From: a virus
DNA length: 64,000 nucleotides
Direction: 5' to 3' (one strand)
Virus record (IMG/VR): IMGVR_UViG_3300011113_000257
Span: 1 to 64,000 of that record
A program made the translations under genes and the position numbers. This document shows positions 55,836 to 63,445 of the stretch, piece by piece (position 1 is the first letter of the stretch; every line of letters starts with the position of its first letter). The notes under the pieces were generated by a model, which was not told where the DNA came from, searched no databases, and saw nothing but the letters and a program-made list of their open reading frames with translations.

Positions 55836-56867
55836 CTAAATCCTTGCTGGCTTGTATTCCGCACCAAACACGCGAGACAGAACATCTGCCACGATTGGTC
55901 TGTCCATCTCTGGTGCAGAAGCAAGTAAGTTCGAGATACCAAACGGAACCCCGAATGTTGTAACGATGTCGCGGAACGCTAAAAGTTCGCGCATCTGTGG
56001 AGCCCACGAGACTTCACCAGACTCTTGTTTCTTAGCAAGATTCTGCGCAACAGTAACGAGGTTGCTAGGTACACCTAAGGTGCGAGCAAGTGACCAGTCA
56101 GTTGCCATCTCTGCTTGAACAGTAAAGCGAGATAGTAAGGCTTCTGAAAGTCGTACTCCCGGAGCATTAGGGTTAGTTGCACCCACAACATAAAAGTCAG
56201 GGTGAACCTTAACAGTACCTCTGTCAGGATTAGCAGTGACAGTAATTTCGCCACGTCCATCCATCACGCCATACAAACCTGAAAGTTGCTTAGGGTCAAT
56301 CAGACCAATCTCGTCAATGAACAAGACTGCACCTTCCTCTACTGCTCGCACAAGTGGACCATCTACCCACTCGAAACCACCAGCAGGATTCTGTACGAAC
56401 CCACCAAGGAAGTCTGACATTTCGATGTCAGCAGTTCCAAGTACTGTGTACATATTTCCACCAAACGCTGCTTCGACTAATGCAGTCTTACCAGTTCCCG
56501 GTGCGCCATAAAGCAACGCGAACATTGGCGAGCCAACTTTGTCTGTGACAGACAAGGTAGTTGCTTCACGAGCCTTGCGTAATGTTGCAACATCTTGATG
56601 TTCACCCCAAGTACGAGCGTGGTACACACTTCCATTTGGACGAATGTATTGACTACTACTTGATTCAAGTGTGACACCTGATGTTGTAATTGGTGTCGCT
56701 ACGCGAGCAACGCGAGGTGCGCGTTCTACGAAACGACCTTGTGGTAAAACCTGCGAGATTACTCTCATAGATGCTTCTGTTGATACTGACTGCGCAACCA
56801 TGTCGTCTAACATGGAAGTGAATTCAGTTCCCCACTTTGAATAAATTTCATTTTCTTTGATGCTCAT
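55836..56867 (-). CDS. MoxR/CbbQ-type AAA+ ATPase
   Basis: GAPGTGKT, WVDGPLVRA, LFIDE, ATNP, LSEALLSRF. Confidence 0.92.
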   Translation of the reverse strand: MSIKENEIYSKWGTEFTSMLDDMVAQSVSTEASMRVISQVLPQGRFVERAPRVARVATPITTSGVTLESSSSQYIRPNGSVYHARTWGEHQDVATLRKAREATTLSVTDKVGSPMFALLYGAPGTGKTALVEAAFGGNMYTVLGTADIEMSDFLGGFVQNPAGGFEWVDGPLVRAVEEGAVLFIDEIGLIDPKQLSGLYGVMDGRGEITVTANPDRGTVKVHPDFYVVGATNPNAPGVRLSEALLSRFTVQAEMATDWSLARTLGVPSNLVTVAQNLAKKQESGEVSWAPQMRELLAFRDIVTTFGVPFGISNLLASAPEMDRPIVADVLSRVFGAEYKPARI

Positions 56868-56883
56868 AATTTTCAGTCCCTTT

Positions 56884-57351
56884 CTACGCTGTGAACATTT
56901 CTGGATAAGATAATGCAGTTCGAGTCTGGTTGATTCGATGCACGACCTTAGTTGGAGTCTTACCTTCTGTTACATCTGTCAAGTCTTTCTGTGAAACTTC
57001 CACAAAAAATGGCTTGCCAATAAGTACGCTACTAATTGAAACGCGCTTCATAAACCACGCTAGTGTTTGAAGTCGCTCCTCGCGATGGTTCTCTGATGTA
57101 ACCCCTGTTGCTGGGTCTACGAGACTACGCTGAAGTGCTTGCACCTTCCATTGTTTCTTTGGCTGTGATGCCGAAAGACGACGATAGTAGACACGCGCTG
57201 TCGAAAAATTTCCAAGTTCATTCCAACCATCTGGAGTAATGAACATCTGAAAAATCTGTTGGTATTCATTCTTGAATTCCGCGTACAAGGCTGTGCCCTG
57301 TACTTTCTTTTCTGGGTCTGTAAGCAGACCAAGAGGTGTTTCTGTTGACAT
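56884..57351 (-). CDS. Hypothetical protein (first gene of the AAA operon)
   Basis: Promoter at 57398-57426; AAGGA SD. Confidence 0.7.
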   Translation of the reverse strand: MSTETPLGLLTDPEKKVQGTALYAEFKNEYQQIFQMFITPDGWNELGNFSTARVYYRRLSASQPKKQWKVQALQRSLVDPATGVTSENHREERLQTLAWFMKRVSISSVLIGKPFFVEVSQKDLTDVTEGKTPTKVVHRINQTRTALSYPEMFTA

Positions 57352-57475
57352 AGTGAGTATTTCCTTTCTTTATGTCTTTTGTCCCTGTGACATTTCTAGT
57401 TTAGCATAACGCTATGATGGAGTCAAATCGGGGTAGGAGTATGTCTAAGGAGACCTACCCCGACCTGACTTCTAA

Positions 57476-57808
57476 CTACTTAGCGACAATGATGTCGTAA
57501 GTAGAAACCTTTGAACAGGTTTCGTATGCTTCTGGATAAACTTCTTTCAGAAGCGTTGAGTCCACATTGGTGCGTGAACGTGGTGCAAGTTCCACTACTG
57601 GAAGCCCTGCGACAGTACCAACCTTGGCAGAACCAATTAGGTCACGAATTGCGCTGTCAAGTTCTGACTTTGCTTTTTCGAGTTCCTTGATTGCAAGTTT
57701 TGCGTTAGCAAAATCTGCAAGCAGGTTCGCGATGTTGGTGTTGTCCAATTCAACGGTGGACGTTTCCGTGACAACCTGTGTTGTCGTTACCTGTGTGCGT
57801 ATGCTCAC
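57476..57808 (-). CDS. Coiled-coil protein resembling YqaJ-type C-terminal region
   Basis: GTG after AAGGGG; VDSTLLKEVYPEAYE motif. Confidence 0.55.
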   Translation of the reverse strand: MSIRTQVTTTQVVTETSTVELDNTNIANLLADFANAKLAIKELEKAKSELDSAIRDLIGSAKVGTVAGLPVVELAPRSRTNVDSTLLKEVYPEAYETCSKVSTYDIIVAK

Positions 57809-58122
57809 TTTGGCGATTCCCCTTTCAAGGAAAGTTCGATAGACCATCTAACGAACAGTTCTAACTTTACGCCCTACACCTGACATTTGTCAAATCGAGC
57901 GTTTCCACCCCGATTTCTCGGGCTGTTTTCGTTCATAGAACCAATGTAACACATTACCCTGACATCCGCAAGTTTATTTGATAACGATTTGATAACGGAC
58001 CGGGAACTGAAATTTTTTAGTTCCGGGTTGTTGAAGGCGGGCTCCAATAAAAAATTTCACTTTTGGGCAAAAAGAAACCCCCGTTCGAAACTCACTGGTT
58101 TCGATTTAACGGGGGTTGGTCT

Positions 58123-58311
58123 TTAGAGTTCTTGCTCCCACTTTTCGATGTCAAACATTTCCCAGATTTCATCATCTGTGAAATTTTCCTTCAACCAAAT
58201 AGCGGTGCGCTTTTGGACTACTGGGTTTTCGTCTACTGGCTTAGCAGTTCCGAAGATGCTACCCATAAGGGCTTGGTATGCGTGTGCGTTTGCTTCATGC
58301 GGTTTGTTCAT
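58123..58311 (-). CDS. Hypothetical protein
   Basis: ATGA coupling. Confidence 0.6.
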   Translation of the reverse strand: MNKPHEANAHAYQALMGSIFGTAKPVDENPVVQKRTAIWLKENFTDDEIWEMFDIEKWEQEL

Positions 58312-58772
58312 ACTCCTACGGTAACACGAGGCACTGACATTTCTTCAGGTGTCCAAATGTAGGGGAGGTCACTTGGCGTATCGGGAAAAAATTCAGAGTA
58401 GTACTCAGGGGCTTTGCGCAAGAGATTCGAGCGGTGCGATTCGTGGAACCGTGAGTTCCCGATGAACCAAGGCAAGCCTTCGTACCGCTTACCTTGCACC
58501 GTTAGGTCTCGCATCTTCTCGATGAAGTACGGTAGCAGGTTGTCGACATACCCTCTCCGTTTCCACTCCAGCGACATTATTGAACCGTAGTACGCGAGTG
58601 CGAACTCGTGCCCACGCCACATCTTGGTCGCAGGGTGGTTGACCCAACCCGTTGTCTCGCCGTTGAGCGCCATCAGTATTTGCTTGGTCTCAACCCGTTG
58701 CTTCCCGAGCCGTCGGTAGTCCAATACCCTCGCCGTCTTTTCAAAATCGGCGTATGGCAGGAACGTCTGCAT
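58308..58772 (-). CDS. MSMEG_6728-family pyrimidine-dimer DNA glycosylase / endonuclease V-like protein
   Basis: MQTFLPY, LD.RRLGKQRVE, HPATKMW, HESHRSNLLRK, DLPYIW. Confidence 0.85.
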   Translation of the reverse strand: MQTFLPYADFEKTARVLDYRRLGKQRVETKQILMALNGETTGWVNHPATKMWRGHEFALAYYGSIMSLEWKRRGYVDNLLPYFIEKMRDLTVQGKRYEGLPWFIGNSRFHESHRSNLLRKAPEYYSEFFPDTPSDLPYIWTPEEMSVPRVTVGV

Positions 58773-58957
58773 TAGCCCTCGCCGTTCTCTCGAACTAGCG
58801 CGATGGCTCTCGCCATGCCTGCAGACCAACCGTCGTTAAACGCGACATCCGTCTCGTCCATTTCCTCAGCGTCCGTCATGTCTTCTTCGGTTACCCGTTC
58901 CCACTCCTCCATTAAAATTTCTAATAGTGTCATGTGGTCACGCCCGCTAACGCCCAC
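58772..58957 (-). CDS. Hypothetical acidic protein
   Basis: TAATG coupling to the next gene. Confidence 0.55.
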   Translation of the reverse strand: MGVSGRDHMTLLEILMEEWERVTEEDMTDAEEMDETDVAFNDGWSAGMARAIALVRENGEG

Positions 58958-59169
58958 GCCTTCTTGAGGTCGCGGTCGAAGTCGCGTTGCAACTTATCCC
59001 ACGCCGTTTCGTCAAAAAGGATTGGGTGCGCCTCTTGCTTATTTCTGCTAAGCACTCGCCGTATAAAAGATTTCAGTTCCGTGTAGTTCATGTTCTTGCT
59101 CCTCCTTTGTTTTGCGGGGCACGCCGTGTGCCTCGCCGTCGTGATGTATTAACTTTATGATAAAAGTTT

Positions 59170-59454
59170 CTAGATGTCAAGCGCGTACTCTGGGAGTTCC
59201 ATCCCTGCCCCAACTAACGCGCGCCGTATTAAACCTTGCTGACGCGAAGTTGTCTGCGAGTATTTATCTACGTTCAGATAAGTAACCTGACGTTTTTCTG
59301 TGTTTATACTAGCCATCCGTGTTGAGTAAGAGTAGATGTCGTAGATGATGTCGCCACCAGCGTCGCACCATTTCGAGGCTCTCATGCTGTGACCGTGCTT
59401 GAATGGTTTGAATGCTGGAATAAATTCTTCTGCAATTTCTTTGTAACTAGGCAT
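59170..59454 (-). CDS. Conserved phage hypothetical protein
   Basis: IYSYST...KYSQTTSRQQ; full cassette. Confidence 0.7.
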   Translation of the reverse strand: MPSYKEIAEEFIPAFKPFKHGHSMRASKWCDAGGDIIYDIYSYSTRMASINTEKRQVTYLNVDKYSQTTSRQQGLIRRALVGAGMELPEYALDI

Positions 59455-59539
59455 TTTTATTTCCCTTCCCGTTGATGTGTCTCACCAACAAGAACCATTC
59501 TATCATACCAACCTGACATTCGCAACTTAAGGCACGCCA

Positions 59540-59893
59540 TTAGATTTCTTCAGTGTCTTCCATTAGTTCAGGAAGATTTTCCTCAACCATCTCCCAGAAG
59601 GTATCAAAAATTTCGATATTCTCTCGAACCTCTTCAACGGGTGCATCGTATTCAATGGTAACGATTTCGTGGACGTGCTCTTCGTCTTCCTCAACGTGGT
59701 GAGTTCGAAACACATAGTCACCGTCTTCGGTGATTAGGTAATTAATAAACATCACGGAGCACTCAGATGTGAGCGCGACTTGGTATGTCTCGGTTAGGGG
59801 GTCGTAGATAGGACAGCAAGCAGAAATGATGTCGTGCATGTAGTGCCCTTTTTTGATGACACGGCTTGGGTGAATGTTGTTCGGTTTGTTCAT
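59540..59893 (-). CDS. Hypothetical acidic protein (possibly leaderless)
   Basis: Promoter at 59900-59928 ends 6 nt before the ATG. Confidence 0.55.
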   Translation of the reverse strand: MNKPNNIHPSRVIKKGHYMHDIISACCPIYDPLTETYQVALTSECSVMFINYLITEDGDYVFRTHHVEEDEEHVHEIVTIEYDAPVEEVRENIEIFDTFWEMVEENLPELMEDTEEI

Positions 59894-60127
59894 ACTAGCA
59901 GTATTGCACATCCGTCTGACATTTCCAAATCGGGCTCAGGGCACACCGTTTAAAAAATTTCAGTTTTGAGTTTGCACGGATGGATTTTGCGGTCCTAGCC
60001 CGGAAAATATAAAAAGGAGGCGGGTGGCCTGGGCGGCTCTTCCAGGCTAAGCGGTTTAACCGTTTAAAAGATTGCGTCAACAATCAGGGCGGCTAGAATA
60101 AGCGCCCCGAGAAATGCAAAAGGAAAT

Positions 60128-60295
60128 TTAAACTCGCTCATCGGTCATCTCGGCGGTCAGCATCTTAACCAGTTCCGTTGCGCGGTTGGCTCTTGCGGTT
60201 ACGCGGATGTGCTCTTCGCGGGTCTTCGCAAGCGGGATGTCTGCGGTTAGGTCACGGGCTAATTCTTCGGCGACTGCTAATAAGTTATTTGTCAT
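60128..60295 (-). CDS. Hypothetical protein
   Basis: MTNNLLAVAEELARDL... Confidence 0.5.
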   Translation of the reverse strand: MTNNLLAVAEELARDLTADIPLAKTREEHIRVTARANRATELVKMLTAEMTDERV

Positions 60296-61268
60296 CAGGG
60301 CTCGCCGCCTGGTCTTCTGAGGCTGCATCCGTTATTATATTTTCCGGGCGGTCATCAGGATTGGATACAATCACGGCATCCGTTATCTCGTAGGTGGCTA
60401 CATCCGTTGGTGTTTCTTCCGGGGACAGGACGCTATAAACGCTCGCCGCTCCTGCAGCAAGCCGTTGCAATCTTTCAGCAACAATGACATGTGGCGGTCG
60501 CGCATCGTTGACTTCGACATCAACGCTAAGTTCCATTCCTCCGCGCACGCCCGCACGGTCGAGAATCTCCGTCGCCGCTTTTAACTTAACGGGTTCAGAC
60601 TCAGCGTTCTCCATCATATCTTCTAGAACGTCGACTGCATACGGTGCGGCTTGGATGAGTTTGCGTCTCGCCCGTTCTACATCTTCGCCCGGTTTGCGGA
60701 CGGACTTTAAGTGGGCTCGGCACAAGCCGTCATCTTTGAGGCGACCAGATGCCCACAACATACAGCGCAAGCCGTCATCCTTGATAGTTCGGCATCGCGT
60801 CGGGAGAACTGCGGGTTGCTTTCTTTCGCTCGCCGTTGGTTCGTTTTGTTCCGCTACCCACTTACGGGTCGCGCCGATAACCCAAGGCGGAGAAATCTTC
60901 ATGGCGTTGTCATCAAGCAGGAGGTCAACACCCGTTAGGTAATCTGAATTATTATTTGAACCGTCAACTAAAAGCGGTCGCTTCTCAACGAGTGAGAGGA
61001 CACGCCGTTCGCGCATTGCCTCTGGAGACCGTGCGGCTATCATACCCGTTGGGTTACCCGTTGCGTCGTAAACGGAATCCCAGTTGTAATGGGCTCGCCG
61101 TAATAGGGAGCGGTTGTCGTAGGTGTCGTCGCACACGCCCCGTTCGTGCTCTATGATACCGAGTTCGGAAAGGTCGGGGCGTAGGTCTAGCGGTGTATCA
61201 AGGCGTGGCGCTCTATCCGTTGGGTCATCTTTGGGACCCTCGGAATCAAACTTTATAACTTCTGTCAT
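60285..61268 (-). CDS. Putative terminase small-subunit-like protein (Cys/His finger plus VKLKAATEILDRAG helix)
   Basis: RC...G.RC...LC..H followed by VKLKAATEILDRAG; the function is inferred. Confidence 0.4.
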   Translation of the reverse strand: MTEVIKFDSEGPKDDPTDRAPRLDTPLDLRPDLSELGIIEHERGVCDDTYDNRSLLRRAHYNWDSVYDATGNPTGMIAARSPEAMRERRVLSLVEKRPLLVDGSNNNSDYLTGVDLLLDDNAMKISPPWVIGATRKWVAEQNEPTASERKQPAVLPTRCRTIKDDGLRCMLWASGRLKDDGLCRAHLKSVRKPGEDVERARRKLIQAAPYAVDVLEDMMENAESEPVKLKAATEILDRAGVRGGMELSVDVEVNDARPPHVIVAERLQRLAAGAASVYSVLSPEETPTDVATYEITDAVIVSNPDDRPENIITDAASEDQAASPDDK

Positions 61269-61383
61269 GCCTCGCCGTTCAATAAAAAATTTCAGTTATC
61301 GTCTCACAATGTGGAACGATTGCTCGCCGTTAAAAAATTTCAGTTTTGCGGGCGGGGAAGCCGCCGCTGCCTGGAAGTTGTAA

Positions 61384-61599
61384 CTATTTTTTCTTGGGGG
61401 CGGGAGTCGCCGTCTTCTTTTTGGCAGGTGCCTTTTTAGCCGGGGCTTTCTTGGCTGGTGCCTTTGTTGCGGATGGTGCAACAACTGGGGCTGGGGCTGG
61501 GGTGGTGTCTAGGAAACGACCCTTTTTGTCGCGTGGCATTTTCTCGGCGGCTTTGCGTCGTGCGCGGGAGCCAAGAAGTTCTTTTAATTTTTTAAGCAT
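61384..61599 (-). CDS. Small basic histone-like protein (KKAPA repeats)
   Basis: KAPAKKAPAKKAPAKKK; contains PRDKKGRF. Confidence 0.6.
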   Translation of the reverse strand: MLKKLKELLGSRARRKAAEKMPRDKKGRFLDTTPAPAPVVAPSATKAPAKKAPAKKAPAKKKTATPAPKKK

Positions 61600-61612
61600 T
61601 GGGAGTTCCGTT

Positions 61613-61834
61613 CTAGTTCTTTGTGATGGAGGCGGAGTTTGAGTCGCCGACCTGTGTGGATGCGATACTGGACAAAACGGACAAAAGGGCAGCGCCGAGG
61701 GAAACCTTTAGGGTGTCTACGGTTGCGATGGTAAAGATGCCAGCCATGTCTGAACCGACAAGGGCAATGAAGGTTTGGGCAAAGGTTTTAATCGCTCTTT
61801 CGGCGAGGTCGTTCAAGAACTTTTTATTATACAT
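61613..61834 (-). CDS. Holin (r1t-like)
   Basis: ERAIKTFAQT...AALLSVLSSIAS...SAS. Confidence 0.85.
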   Translation of the reverse strand: MYNKKFLNDLAERAIKTFAQTFIALVGSDMAGIFTIATVDTLKVSLGAALLSVLSSIASTQVGDSNSASITKN

Positions 61835-62150
61835 AAAATGTCTCCGTTGTCAAATCCAGCGTGTGTATCTTTTATAACGATTAGATAACAAGATGATAAC
61901 GGTTTAAATCTCGGACGATTTTTTTGGCGCGTGGAGAGAGTGGCGAGCCGTTTTGCCCCTTCTATAAAGAGAACCCCATAAAATAAGGGTTTTCTAGTAA
62001 CTAAGTATTATACACTTTTAGCCCTAAAAAAGTGTTTATATTTGGGCGTGTCGCATCACTTTTCTGGGTTCAGAACTGCCCAGACTGCCCAAGCACAGAC
62101 TCCAACACCGATAGCCAATCCGACAACTAATCCAACTAGAAACTCAAACA

Positions 62151-62624
62151 TTAGACTTCCTCTCTACATTCCTGACATAATAAAGCATCATACCCTGTTG
62201 CGTATGACGTGGCGTGTCCGCTCTTAGTTACAGGAACGGGAGTCACAATCTCGTCAACTTTTCCGCATCTGTCGCACTTCAAATCAACAATCCATTCTGC
62301 TGATTTACCTGACATTATCAAGGCACTCAATCCGCGACTCAAGGCGTGCATAGCCCCACCACCCACAGTCCTGCGTAGGAATGCGCGAGTATCGTCAACT
62401 TCTAGAACTGCTCTAGGAGATTTGCAAGGGCAGTCCAACCGAGAAGGCTTACACATAATTTCCCCAGCAATTTCCTTATGTCGTGACATTCCGTGCCCAC
62501 AGATACAGATTCGGCTATCCCTGACTTTTCCCCTCTGCTTGTGAGCATTGTCGGTTATTACTGCCATATCAGGGTCAACCCCAATGGCTATCAAAGCATT
62601 TCTTGCACTGTCGTCAGTCGTCAT
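62151..62624 (-). CDS. Cys-rich Zn-binding protein
   Basis: CICGH..H, C..CPC, CDRC, CQEC. Confidence 0.65.
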   Translation of the reverse strand: MTTDDSARNALIAIGVDPDMAVITDNAHKQRGKVRDSRICICGHGMSRHKEIAGEIMCKPSRLDCPCKSPRAVLEVDDTRAFLRRTVGGGAMHALSRGLSALIMSGKSAEWIVDLKCDRCGKVDEIVTPVPVTKSGHATSYATGYDALLCQECREEV

Positions 62625-62817
62625 AATTTTCCATTTCTTTGGATAGGTTTTCCGCAATCTCGATAAAAGTCATTTCATCCTCGATGCTCTTTTTTAACTC
62701 GGAGTAGAGCCCTAGCATGGCTTGCGTTTTCTTAAAATTAAGGTATGATGTATAGCCCACCACAGCCAGTCCTGCACCCAAAAAGGCACTCAGTCCTACG
62801 AGCAAATATTCCATCAA
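62614..62817 (-). CDS. Single-TM protein
   Basis: N-terminal hydrophobic helix. Confidence 0.6.
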   Translation of the reverse strand: MMEYLLVGLSAFLGAGLAVVGYTSYLNFKKTQAMLGLYSELKKSIEDEMTFIEIAENLSKEMENYDD

Positions 62818-63009
62818 CTAATCCCCATCTCTAGTCTCCAACAATACTTCCTTAACCCCGTGACTGTCAAGCAGTGACTTCACAACTTCCTTAGCCTTGA
62901 CTTCCCATCTGTCTTTTTCTTCCTGACTTAAATCATTCATACCATTTGGGAACCAATATCTCAGGGTATCGTCCACGAAATTCTCGTAGGCTCGCTTCAT
63001 CCGACTCAC
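62818..63009 (-). CDS. Hypothetical protein
   Basis: AAGGAG SD. Confidence 0.6.
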   Translation of the reverse strand: MSRMKRAYENFVDDTLRYWFPNGMNDLSQEEKDRWEVKAKEVVKSLLDSHGVKEVLLETRDGD

Positions 63010-63019
63010 ACTAACTCCT

Positions 63020-63420
63020 TAAAGTTATCCACAGGCGCACCCTGATTCCAACTATAGTACCGACTATAACATAAAAAAACTAAACATTAAACATAAAACA
63101 TAAAAGTCAACTATATTTTACCAACCCCCCTAAGCGCACGCATACGCGCGTATGGAAAATATAGTTAACTTTTATGTATGGTGTATAGTTATTTTAGTGT
63201 TACTAGTCAGATTATTTTATCCGAAAATATTTTTTTCTGCTAGTAACTTACCACTTCGACTCATTTCGACCCGAAACTAAACATTAAAAAACCATACACT
63301 ATAAACCATACACTAAACATAAAAGTCGACTATATTTCCCAGACCAAAATCACAAATCCAACACAAAGTTATCCACAGCCCTTACCTCAAAAATTGCCAC
63401 ATCACCCCCCTTGACAGACC
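63020..63420. other. Putative replication origin: two perfect DnaA boxes, 23-bp repeats, 14-bp palindrome
   Basis: TTATCCACA at 63025-63033 and 63369-63377; ACATAAAAGTYRACTATATTT at ~63098, 63157 (inverted) and 63317; CATACGCGCGTATG at 63141-63154. Confidence 0.6.
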
Positions 63421-63445
63421 CAAATCCAAGGAGTAACCTACCGAT

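Larger units (their letters stand above)
44491..59928 (-). promoter_or_regulatory. Family of ~20 early promoters TTG(C/A)(A/C)A-N17/18-TAnnnT with conserved TGTCAGG in the spacer
   Basis: Examples: 44491-44519; 44828-44856 and 45080-45108 (identical 29-mer); 46411-46439; 46857-46885; 47361-47389; 49016-49044; 50146-50174; 50577-50605; 51174-51202; 52323-52352; 52820-52848; 53178-53207; 57864-57893; 57943-57971; 59497-59525. Confidence 0.85.
40479..61345. repeat. Dispersed 13-bp box AAAAATTTCAGTT (16 exact copies plus ~8 variants)
   Basis: Exact on +: 40479, 41352, 43074, 44562, 45556, 46915, 49087, 51241, 52897, 53757, 59953, 61285, 61333. Inverted: 46178, 50206, 58005. Confidence 0.95.

Noticed and set aside
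40479-61345. 13-bp box as CRISPR repeat or integron attC site
   Set aside because: Too short, irregularly spaced by whole genes and not palindromic; no cas or integrase gene in the window.
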